Positions 24,590 through 36,600 of a stretch of 64,000 bases of DNA are shown here, piece by piece; position 1 is the stretch's first letter; each line of letters opens with the position of its first letter. The notes beneath the pieces were generated by a model, which saw nothing but the letters and a program-made list of their open reading frames with translations, did not search any database and was not told the DNA's origin. The DNA lies in contig CM060732.1 in assembly GCA_030704615.1 (NCBI GenBank), positions 80,538,001 through 80,602,000 on the forward strand. Reading direction: 5' to 3'. This DNA is from Takakia lepidozioides (Eukaryota > Plantae > Bryophyta). The translations under genes were made by a program, and so were the position numbers.

Positions 24590-27500
24590 GGTCATTGTCC
24601 TCAATGACAGTAAACGGGGGGTAATTCATTTTAGGTGTAACCTTCAAAAATACCATATCACCAACGGCAAACTCACGAAAAGTTATGTGCTTGTCAGCAA
24701 AGAACTTGGCCCGTTCCTGCGCAGCCTACATACTACACTTCACCACATCCAGTACATAGTGCATCTCTCTGATCCTATCATTCATACTATGCACATTTGA
24801 TGGTGGTGCAACAAGCGAAGCAGGAGCTAAGCAATCTCGTCCATATAAAGCTTCAAATGGGCTCATGCCAATGGCATTGTGGAAATGCTTGTTATAAGCA
24901 AATTCCACCATGTACAGATATTGTTTCCAAGAGGACTGTCTTTCACCAACAAACATCCTCAACATATCCTCTATTGTACGATTGGTTCTTTCTGTCTGAG
25001 CATCTGTTTCTGGGTGAAAGGCCGTATTCAGCCTCACCTTGGTCCCCAATTTCTTGAATAAGTCAATCCAAAAATGACTTGTAAACTTTGAGTCCCTGTC
25101 ACAAATAATCTCCCGAGGCAGACCATGGATCCTATCTCTTTCATGTACAAGGATGCAACATCAGATGCCGTAGCACTCATCCTTGTAGCTATCAAGTGGG
25201 CTATCTTAGACAACCTATCTACAACCACCATGATACAGTCATGGCTGTTTCTAGTCCTGAGCAATGCCACAATGAAATCCATGCTAATGGATTCCCAATT
25301 CCATCCAGGAACAGATAATGGTTGTAGTAATCCAGGAGGTCTGACTCTCTCTGACTTTGAACCTGACAAGGGAAACATTTTTGTACATACTCTTTGATTT
25401 TTCTTTTCATGCCCGGCCATAAATAACGTTTCCGTATTGATCAGTAGGTCCTCTGAAAGTCCGGGTGTGGAATAGATTGGAATATTGTGACTGTCATGAA
25501 TAATCCGCAATCTCAAGTCTGGGATCAGCGGAACACACAGCCGACCGTCTTAAAATAACACCCTATCTCTCAAGAGGTATGGCCGGTACTTCTCTTTCTC
25601 AATAGAAGTCCTTTGGTCACGAGACAAACTCTTAAATGGCTCTTTGAAGAATTTATCAATCTCATACTGACCCTTAATGTCCTGAAATATAGTGCTACTG
25701 ACGCATGAGACAACAGTAGCTTGTAATGGTCTCCTAGAAAGTGCATCAGCAATCACATTCTCTCTTCCCTTGATATACTTTAGGTCATAATGGAACTACT
25801 GAAGCAGCTCTGACCACCTAATCTGCCTCTGACTCAAATGAGGTTGTGTGGTCAAGTATTTCAAACTCTGATGGTCAGTCTTTATCACAAAATCAACTGG
25901 AAGCAGGTAATGCCTCCATATCTTCAAAGCATGAACTATTGCCAACAGTTTTTTTTCATGAGTTAGGTAATTCTTTTTTGCTGGATTGATCTTTTGAGAT
26001 TCGTAGGCAATCATTTGTCCATCTTGTATCAGCACAGCCCCAATAGCAAGATCACTTGCATCAGTACATAGTACGATTGCCCCCTTAGTAGGGTCGAGCA
26101 ATCTCAGTACGAGAGCATGTGTCAAGGCAAACTTCAATTTCTCGAAGCTGTTATCACATTCTCTTGTCCAGACATCTCTCAAGTTTACAGGACTCGAGTC
26201 CTTAAGCAAGTCAGTCAATGGGACTGCAATATGTGAAAATGATTTGACAAACTTCCACAGGAAGCTAGCAAACCCAATAAAGCTCCTGACTTCTGTCTTG
26301 TCACTTGGCTGTGTGGTCAAGTATTTCAAACTTTGATGGTCAGTCTCTATCACAAAATCAACTGGAAGCAGGTAATGCCTCCATATCTTCAAAGCATGAA
26401 CTATTGCCAACAGTTTTTTTTTCATGAGTTGGGTAATTCTTTTCTGCTGGACTGATCTTTCAAGATTCATAGGCAATCACTTGTCCATCTTGCATCAGCA
26501 CAGCCCCAATAGCAAGATCACTAGCATCAGTACATAGTACGATTGCCCCCTTAGTAGGGTTGAGCAATCTCAGTACGGGAGCATGTGTCAAGGCAAACTT
26601 CAATTTCTCGAAGCTGTTATCACATTCTCTTATCCAGACATCTCTCAAGTTTACAGGACTCGAGTCCTTAAGCAAGTCAGTCAATGGGGCTGCAATCTGT
26701 GAAAATGATTTGACAAACTTCCGCAGGAAGCTAACAAACCCAATAAAGCTCCTGACTTCTGTCTTGTCACTTGGCTGTGTGGTCAAGTATTTCAAACTTT
26801 GATGGTCAGTCTCTATCACAAAATCAACTGGAAGCAGGTAATGCCTCCATATCTTCAGAGCATGAACTATTGTCAACAGTTTTTTTTCATGAGTTGGATA
26901 ATTCTTTTCTGCTAGACTGATCTTTCAAGATTCAAAGGCAATCACTTGTCCATCTTGCATCAGCACAACCCCAATAACAAGATCACTTGCATCAGTACAT
27001 AGTACGATTGCCCCCTTAGTAGGGTCGAGCAATCTCAGTACGGGAGCATGTGTCAAGGCAAACTTCAATTTCTCGAAGCTGTTATCACATTATCTTATCC
27101 AGACATCTCTCAAATTTACAGGACTCGAGTTCTTAAGCAAGTCATTCAATGGGGCTGCAATCTGTGAAAATGATTTGACAAACTTCCGCAGGAAGTTAGC
27201 AAACCCAATAAAGCTCCTGACTTCTGTCTTGTCACTTGGCTTAGGCCATTCAACCACTGTCTGAACTTTCTTAGGATCAATTGAGATTCCATCTTTGGAG
27301 ATGCAAAATCCCAAGTAATCCATGTGGTAGACCTACAAAGAACTCACACTTGTTTCTCTTAGCAAACAGGTGGTTCTCTCTCAATATGTCTAAGACCAAG
27401 CGTAAATGTTGTTCATGATCCTCTTCAGACTTTGAGTATATCAATATATCATCTATGTAGACTAGGACCATCTTCCCCAAATATTTCTGGAACAGGGAAT

Positions 27501-28765
27501 TCATCAGATGAGTAAATGTTGCTGGAGCATTCGTGAGCCCAAATGGCATCACCATGAATTTGTAATGACCAAAATGAGACCGAAATCCTGTCTTTGCTAT
27601 ATCAGAATTCTTGATCCATATCTGATGATATCCAGACTGAAGATCAAGTTTTGAAAAAACCTGACTCCCATACAGATAGTCAAACAAATCGTCCACACGA
27701 GGCAAATGAAACTTATTCTTGATGGTGACCTTATTCAACCATCTATAGTCCACACATAGTCTCAAAGTCCAGTCTTTCTTCTTCTTAAACATTACAGGGG
27801 CAACCCAAGGGGATTTGCTTGGACGAATATACCCCTTTTCCAACAGGTCATTCAACTGCCTTTCTAACTCTTCACTTTCTGCAATTGAATGCCTGTACGG
27901 TGCCCTTGCAACCGGTACAACATCTGTCATCAACTCGATAACATGATCAACCTCCCGTTCAGGGGGCATTCCAGGGATCTCATCATGAAACATATCTTTA
28001 TATTCATTCATGATTAGGTCAAGTCTGGGATGTGACTTCCCCTCTTCCTGATTTGTTTCCAAGACTTCATGCAAGCTAACAGCAAAAAGCTGAGCACTCC
28101 CCTTCCACATACATCTCTTCATCTGAATAACTGACAAGACAGGTACATTGGGAAGAGCTCTAGTACCTCTGATATTGAATCCTTTCCCGTTGGGCAAGGT
28201 ACCACTAACCAGTCCGGACTTGCAAGCCACCACAGCATCAGCCGGATTTAGCCACCGCATGCCAATGATGCAGTCGTACCGAGCTCCTTCCTAGACCTCG
28301 AAGTCAGCCATAGTTTGTACGCCTTGCATGACCATCGGTACATTTGAGATGTGTTTGTACGTAGAATCCACACCACCATCTGATAACAGGATTTGACAGG
28401 GTTGCATGTCTTCCTGAACTAGTCCCAATTTGTCAGCAAAACCCTTTGACAACAGGTTATGAGTGCTGCATGTATCAATCCAGCCACTCTCCCCTGAACC
28501 CGTATCACACTCGGGTCGTGCTCTATTTGGTCTCTCATGAAAGTTGCAGAAATCCGCACATTAGGACCTTTCCCTTTTTCTTGTCCTGACTTCTCCCCAG
28601 TTTCAACAACAGCACAAGGTTCTGCAGGCTCTTCAACTGTCAAGGCGGCTGTTTGTCGAGCCTGACGATAATTCGGGTACTTCGTACACTCAGCAACTCT
28701 GTTTCCGGGTTCATGGCACAAGAAACACAAACCCTTATGCCTGTGTTCTTCCTGCTCTTTGAAAC
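24590..28765 (-). pseudogene. Outer element gag C-terminus and pol (zinc knuckle, protease, RT, RNase H, integrase), frameshifted
   Basis: [78 protein letters not shown]. Confidence 0.93.
25845..27241 (-). repeat. Tandem triplication (about 466 bp x3) of the RT/RNase H junction
   Basis: TCACTTGGCT landmark at 26301, 26767 and 27232; the peptide SDKTEVRSFIGF...LKYLTTQP occurs three times. Confidence 0.93.
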
Positions 28766-31700
28766 CCTGGGGGGTGCACTCTTTATAAAATGTCCGTATC
28801 ACGTGCGTTCGCCGCCTAATAAAAAAACCCCCTGTATACGGGTCCTTGGATCATTTATACCCCCTCTGTGCATACATTTTGAAGATTATAAAACCCCCTC
28901 CTGTAAATATATAGAAATTTGTAATTTTTAAAAAGTACCGCCTTCTGTATGTATATTTTCTTTTTCAATAATTAAAAATACCCTCAAATATGTATATGTA
29001 TGTTTTTATATTATATCAAGTTTATTCATTTAAAAATAGAATAAATTCTAATAAATTAATTAAAAAAAATCTGTTTGCCCTCGATAAAACTTGCTGTGGA
29101 ATCTCACTTTGAACAATAATCAGATGCAGAGAGGAAATGGACATTGTCAATGCCCGATGTGCAAGAGGCCTGAAGAAAGTTTCCATTTTCTGATATACAG
29201 TCCTGGGTATTTTCATCAGAGAGTGACCCTCTTGAAGACCATCAAGACCTAGTCACTGCACCTCTGTTCATCAACTAGGACAATTTCTGAACTTGTTCTA
29301 CAGTTTCAACCTTCACAAGGTCCAATTATGTTCAAAACCTACTGTTGAGAATTCCTCTCCAAAAAGAGATTTCGTGCGCCTTTGCTGCCACCGTTGGAGT
29401 CCAACCTGACTCGCAGTTGATAGAGTTCAATACATTCAATTAGGTGACAAGCATTTCATTTCACCAATACTCCCCACAAGAACAAACACCATTTTGGAAG
29501 TGGTGAAAGCGGTTTGCATCTCGTACAACAATCTCTTGCTTAGCTATCTTTGAGATGAATTTGGTGGCTGTGTGGCAATCACCACACATCCGAAGATTCC
29601 TGATGATCCCCAAAGACATCCCAGAGGGTGTGTTGATAAGCCCAAAAACAATGGCCAGCTTCTCATTGCGGTGGCAAAGAGACGATTCTTTAAGCTCTTC
29701 CTCAACATCATGCAATGCAAAGTGGGATTCACCCCTTCGCACATCATTTGCTCATAGGTCTCCAAAGCCTCCATCCCGCGCCCTTGTTGTGCATATCCTG
29801 CAATCATCGCACTCCACGACAGCACATCTCGTTCAGCCATACCGTTGAACACTCCCTTCATACATGTCCACGAGGGTATTGTTCATAATGACATTTGATA
29901 CAATTGCAAATCTGACAATGTCGCCATGGACCTCTTTGCCCTTTTCCAAAGCTGACAGGCTTGCACACACATTGCAAATGTACACAAACGTGATTTGGTC
30001 AGGCTTCACCCCTTCCCCCATCATTTGATCATAGGTCTCCAAAGCCTCCATACCACGTCCCTGTTGTGCATACCCTGCAAGCACCGCACTCCATGACACC
30101 ACACCTCGTTCAGCCATGGAAACTCCCTTCGCATCCTTATTGCACCCACATTTGGCATACATGTCCACCAGGGGAGTGTTCAGAATGACATCTGGTACAA
30201 TTCCAGCTTTGACAATGTCACCATGGACCTCTTTCCCCTTTTCCAGAGCTCGCAGGCTTGGACACGCATTGCATCCTGCCAACATTATATTCCACGTGAT
30301 CAAAGATCGTTGAGGCATTCTGTTGAACACTTGGTGAGCATCAATGATGCTCCCGCACATAACATACATGTTGACAAGGGTGTTGAGTAGAAAAACATTG
30401 TGGACTCCCTCTCTTGATCTTCTTTCAGAAGCTGTGGTCATGGTTGAGGTGCCTGATTTTATCAACTGTGCCGCTGCAGCTGCTGCCTTTAGTTGACCAT
30501 CTACCCATGCAGGTTTCTTGTAGCTACTGACCCCCACATGGAATCAAGGTAATCTGGAGCTTGAAGTCCAGCCCTCTTGGATGAATCTGGACCCACACTC
30601 TATCCATGCTCATTCAGGGAAAAACAGGGAAAAACTTTGATAACAGAGAAAAACAGGCTGAAATGTGTTGAAGAAGGTACCTTCATTAGCAGCGCCTTGT
30701 TCTATCAAATACACTGCTGCCGCTGCTGTTTCTAGTTGACCATCTACCCACGCAGCTTTTTTGTAGCTATTGATCCGCAGGGAATTAGAAGTAATCTTGT
30801 ATTTAAAATCGACCTCTTGGATGAATCGTGTTCCTCGACACCACCTCGTTCAGCCATAGTGTTGAACACTTCCTCCGCATCCTCAATGCTCCCACAATGG
30901 CATACATGTCCACAAGGGTATTGTTCATAATCACATCCGGTACAATTCCAGCTTTGGTGATGCAACCATGCACCTCTTTGCCCTTTTCTATGGCTGCAGG
31001 CTTGCACACGCACTGCAAAGCACACAAACATGATGTGGTCGAGCTTCACCCCTTCCCCCATCATCTGCTTTCAGGTCTCCAAAGCCCCATCTCGCGCTCC
31101 TGCTCTGCACACCCTGCAAGCATCGTGTTCCACGACACCACATCTCATTCAGCCATAGTGTTGAATACTCCCTTGGCATCCTCAATGCTCCCACATTTGG
31201 CATACATGGCCACCAGAGCAATGTTCAGGATGACATCTGGTACAATTACAGATTTGATGATGTCACCAGGGATCTCTTTGCCCTTTTCCAGGGCTACCAG
31301 ACGCACTGCAAACGCACACAAACGTTATGTGGGCGGTTTCACCCCTTCCCCCATCATTTGCTCATAGGTCTCCAAAGCCTCCATCTCGCATCCCTGCTGT
31401 GCATACCCTGCAAACATCACAATGCACGACACCACATCTTGTTCAGCCATAGTGTTCAGAATGACAGGTAATCTGACAGGCATTCACATTTTTGCCTCGG
31501 TTGTCCCACCATTGACAAGGGTCAGAAAAGTATTCATTCCACAGCTTCTCCTCATCTCTGTTACCTCTTTTAGGATACTTTCATGTTGTCAGTTGGGAGT
31601 ATCATGTCAAAATCACTCCAAATTATCAAAGATTCACTCATCCAGCTAACTTGCAGAATTCAATATGGATATTTAGGGCCGATTATGATAAGAGGGAAAA

Positions 31701-33511
31701 ACAGGGTGAAATGTGTTGAAGAAGGTGCCTTCATTAACAACGCTTGATTTTATCAATTGTGCCGCTGCTGCTGCAGCTTCCACTTGACCATCTATCCATG
31801 TAGGTTTCTTGTAGGTAATCATAGTTAATCTGGAAAACGGCTCCTGGCAAATCACCTTCATCTTCCCAGACAATCTTCTCCGCACAGCATGGATTTCCTT
31901 AATTCTGGGATGCAACTTGTCATCTACAACGAAGGTGTGCACCCTGTTGCAAACCTCAATGCAGCAGCGACCTGGCTCCTTTTCAACCCCTCTGACCTTC
32001 ATCATTCTTCTCACCTTTACAGTATCAACCCACCTGCCAGCTACAGCATAGATGTTTGATAGCAAAATAAGTCGCGGCATCCTGTTCATTCCACTTAAGG
32101 ATAGATGTTGCCGCACGTTCAGGTCCACTGCCTCATCCAGTTGTCCCGCACGTCCAAGAAGGTCCACCTTGCAGCCAAAGTGCTATATTGTCGGAGTGAC
32201 ACCATGATCTTGAATCTCCAGGGCTGCCAGGCTTGCACATGCACTGCAAACGCACACAAACGTGATGTGGTCGGGCTTCACCCCGTCGCACATCATTTGC
32301 TCATAGGTCTCCAAAGCCTCCATCCCACGTCCCTGCTGTGCATACCCTGCAAGCACCACACTGCACGACACCACATCTCGTTCAACCATAGTGTCGAACA
32401 CTCCCTTTGACTTTGTAAATGAAGATAGGTCCTTTGATGGGGCATGGATTGAAGTGGTTTCACAGTCCTACTTGTTGTTTCCTCCTCGCCATGTCCATCT
32501 TTTGCTTTGGGGCGGGGTCTAGGGCTGGCAAGGTTTTAGCAACCAGTGACATGACTCTCTCTCTCCTCCTCTTTGTTCTGCCCAATCTGGGTGCAGGGTC
32601 TATGGCCACAAGGCTATCATGAGTACTTTCTCCCTCACACACACCTCTCCCTGTTCCGCCCCAACTGGGCACGGACTGGGTAAATGGCCACAATGCAATG
32701 GCAAACGTCGTATGAGTACATTTCGCTCTCTCTACTCTTGGCAATAGACTGAAATTGAAATGCAGGTCAGGGAGTGTACCTTTGAACAAACAAACAGATG
32801 CAGAGATGAGAGGTAACCTGTCAATGCCCGACGTGCGGGAAGCCTGAAGACTAAACATTTTCTGATACATTTCCGGTGTACACTCCCATCTGAGAGCGAC
32901 CCTCGTCACTTACATCAAGAACAGATCCTTGCACGGCTGTTCGCCAAGATGCACCCACATTTTGCAAACATGTCCACCAGGGTATTGTTTAGAATGACAG
33001 CTGGTACAATTCCAGCTCTGAAGATGTCGCCATGGACCTCTTTCCCCTTTTCCAGAGCTGCCAAGGCAGTGTTTAGAATGACATTTGGTACAATTCCAGC
33101 TTTGACAATATCCCCATGCACCTCTTTGCCCTTCTCTAGGGCTGCCAGGCTTGTACGACGCCACATCTTGTTCAGCCATCTTCGCGGAAGGGAAGGCGAA
33201 CGCGGGAGAGGAGATGAGAGGAGGAGAGGGAAAAGAGAAAGCCGCGGGAGGGAAGGGGAGAAAGATCGTGGGGAGAGAGAAAAAAAAAAAACCAAATAAA
33301 AGGAATTGATCCCGCGGTGCATCGTAGCCTAATCGTCGTTCTTACCACTACACTACCCCTGAAAACTCAACAACCCCCTCCTGTAATATTATATTTAAGG
33401 TGTTTTAAACCCCCCTCTGTATGTATAATGTTGTACATGGGGGGGGTTTAAAATACCCCCTCCTGTGCACGCACGTGGCTGGTACATTTAATGAGGAGTG
33501 CACCCCCCAGG
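28766..33511. mobile_element. Non-autonomous TIR DNA transposon (Pack-type) carrying PPR-DYW gene fragments
   Basis: TIRs CCTGGGGGGTGCACTC...CACGTGCG at 28766 and, inverted, ending at 33511. 8-bp TSD TTTGAAAC at 28758-28765 and 33512-33519. ACCCCCTC(C)TGT subterminal repeats at both ends. Removing it restores gag PRLSFKEQEEHRHKGLCFLC. No transposase is seen inside. Confidence 0.9.
29461..33180 (-). pseudogene. Scrambled PLS-class PPR, E domain and DYW deaminase fragments
   Basis: Many VVSWSA(M/V)(I/L)AGYAQQGRGMEALETYEQMM.EGVKPD.ITFV and LEKGKEVHGDIVKAG...NTLVDMYAKCG repeats. E/PG-box piece at 31850-32170 (LLSNIYA..GRW...KEPGRCCIEV.NRVHTF). DYW C-terminus at 29461-29720 (EKLAIVFGLI..CGDCH..CSCGEYW). 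Confidence 0.92.
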
Positions 33512-33696
33512 TTTGAAACTGAGCCTTGGAGGAGCCCTCATGGGCGGTCTCTGTGTAGCTTGATCCCCCACCTTCTTAAACGGTTTAAATCTCTTCCAAT
33601 TCCCTCTCTTCACTGGTGACTGCCAAGGACCAGATGATCTAGGCTTGAACTCTGCTGTGCCACGAGCAAAATTCGAAGAACGTTGTGCTCTCACTT

Positions 33697-36600
33697 TGTC
33701 GCGGCCCTTTGCCTTGAGGGCAGGGGGTCGGGACACATGAGGGGCTGCCCCTGTGGTGGGGGCAGCGGCAGCGATAGGTATGGGGGGGCTGAAGCACCCT
33801 TGAGTGCCCAAGGCACTCAAGGAGGCGGAGGCGCTCACTAGGTGGAGCCCCGCACACCGGGTTGCGGTGGAGGTGGCTCCACAAGGGGTGGTGGTAGCTT
33901 AGTGGGACTTAGTGGGGGTGGCATAGGACTCACCATGGGGTGGAGACCTCGAGGTGGGAGTCGTGGGGAGTCTTGGGACTCATCACGGTCCATTGGGGCC
34001 GCGGTGAGTGGGCCAAGACTCACCGCGACTCACCACCGGGAGTCGAGGGTTTTCGTGGTGGTTCGCCATAAAATGGCATGGCTGGTTATGAAACCCCCGC
34101 GGACAGCTACAGAAGTATATATAGGGAGTAGTAACCCCGAGAACGGTGCAAGCCCGTTGGTGACCAAAAACTAGTGAGTAAGCGAGCGAGCCGGAAAGCG
34201 ACCAAAGAGTGGGGAGCTGTTCCGGACTGCCATCTACCAAAGGGAATTCTCCTAGTCCCAAATAGGTGGAGGGTTTAGAGGGAAGCGGAAGGGGACCGTT
34301 ATGTCCCGGTGAGCAGCCGAAACTCCAAGTTGGCCCGGCGGCCAGGTTGGGAGTCAGGCGCGCGCATCAAAGCGAGTAACTATGACTTGAAGGGGAGTTT
34401 ACCGAAGTGAGGTGTGCGACACTTGGTATCAGAGCTTAGAGTTCAGTACGCGATCGTCCTTGGGATTGGCCTCATCATGGGGTCGGGCAAGCCGAAGCGA
34501 AAGCGGAACGGCCCAAAAGATGATGATCCCGGTGAGCCCGATGGGGGCGACGTGTCACCGAGGCGGCCGTTTGAGGAAGCGATTAATGTTTCCGAAAACG
34601 AGGCCGCTCAGGAGCGGGAGGAATCCGAGGAGTCGGAGCCCGAGGAATCTTTGAGAGCTCCGACAAACCAAGAGATGCCTCCCATGCCGGCAGCCTTTTG
34701 GGAAGGGTTGTTGGCGCAGTTTGGCGGGACGTTGAAAGACGTGTTGAAGGCGGCTAATGCCACTTCCACCAAGGCAAAGTTTAAGGTGAAGCCTAAGGAA
34801 CCCGGCACCTTCGAGGGCGTTCGAAACCGGAAGGCACTCAACACCTGGCTCCTGGAGCTAGAGCAGTACTTCCGGGCGGCCAAGTTGAGTGACGAGGATC
34901 GGGTGGAAGTGGCTCCCACCTATTTGAGGGGCTATGCTCAACAATGGTGGCAGAAACGCCTTCACGACCGAGGCCCAAGCCCGGAAACCTTGAACTGGAG
35001 TGAGTTCAAGGAATTGATGAAGAGACAGTTTGTGCCCCTCAACGCATCCTGGCTTGCCCGGGACAAGATGAGGAATTTGAAGCAAACAGATGACATTCGG
35101 GGGTATGTCCAGGCTTTCAATGTGCTGTTGCTCGAAGTCGCGGACATGGCAGAACCAGAAATGGTCTTCAACTTTGTGGCGGGACTGGCCCCATGGGCTA
35201 GGCGGAAGTTGGAGGAGAAGCCACCCAAGACTTTGAACGAGGCAATTGAGAGAGCTGAATGTTTCTCGGATGTCCCTAGGGGTGAGAGACAAGGCCGTAC
35301 GGAGCTGAACCACAAGAAGACCCGGCGGGAAGGTGACTCCTCCCGACCGGAAAAGAAGTGGGATAGGCCACGCGGCGAAAATGGCACGTGGAAATCGAAG
35401 GGAGGTCCTTCACACGTCAAGGCGGCACCCGGTGCTTCGAAAGGAAAAGCGGGTGGAGCGACTTATGGCGGACAGAAGGCGACCTTTGATGGAGTGTGTT
35501 TCAATTGCGGGGAGCCCGGGCACATGGCCAAGAAGTGCACGAAGCCCCGGCAATTGAACATGACTCGGGCGACCACGGAGCTGTCGGAAGATACCATCAG
35601 TCGCTTGGTGGAAGCGGTGGTCGCCAGGACTTGCAAGGTAGGCAAATTTTCTTGTGAGTTGTATCAGGAAACTGGCGCCTTACGAAAAGGGAGTCAGTTA
35701 TTGTTCGTGGATGGGATAATATCCGGAACTAATGTGTCGTTGTTGGTGGACACAGGAGCGTCGCACTCCTTCATGACGCCGGCGGCGGCGCGAAAGTTGG
35801 GACTCCCGACAAGTGACGTGGGGGCCTCTATTGAGGTGCGCTCTGCCAAAGGAGAACCTCAGTTGGCGACAAGGTTGGCGTTTGATGTTCCTCTTCAACT
35901 GGGGAGTTGGGAGGGACGTGAGAACTTCACTATCTGCGAGATCGATGGAGTGGATCTCATTTTGGGAATGACCTTTTTGAGCAAATCCGGAGCGGTCATA
36001 GATGGCCGCAAGAGAGTAGTCACGCTGCCATGTGGGAATGGTGGCGAGGTTTTACGAGTGTCGGAAACGCCCAAATCCGTGGGAGGGCGAATAAACCTTC
36101 TATCAGCAAAGGAGTGGGCCGTGGAGGAGACACACGAGTCCCAGTTTTTGCTTTACATTAGAGAAGTGAAAGGAGAAGGCGATGGGGAGCCGAGCCCAGA
36201 TTGGATCAAGGGGATTTTGGAGAAATACCAGGATGTGATGCCGGAGGATTTACCAAGCGGCTTGCCACCGCGAAGAGGAGTTGACCACAAAATTGAGGTG
36301 ATACCGGGATCGGAACCGCCTGCCAAGGCGCCCTACCGGTTGAGCCACAAAGAGTTGGTCGAGCTGAAGACTCAGCTCAAAGATCTAATGTCAAAGGGGT
36401 ACATCCGGCCGAGTAAGTCACCTTACGGAGCCCCGGTGCTATTTGCAGACAAGAAGGATGGGACGCTGCGGATGTGTGTCGATTACAGGGCTCTGAATAA
36501 GGTGACTATCAAAAACCGGTACCCTTTGCCAAGGATCGACGACCTCTTCGATCGGTTGGCAGGAGCGAAGTATTTCAGCCGGATCGACTTGCGCTCCGGC

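Noticed and set aside
34414-34476. ORF-track start of the polyprotein at 34414
   Set aside because: It begins at a non-ATG codon inside the LTR/PBS; the first ATG is at 34477.
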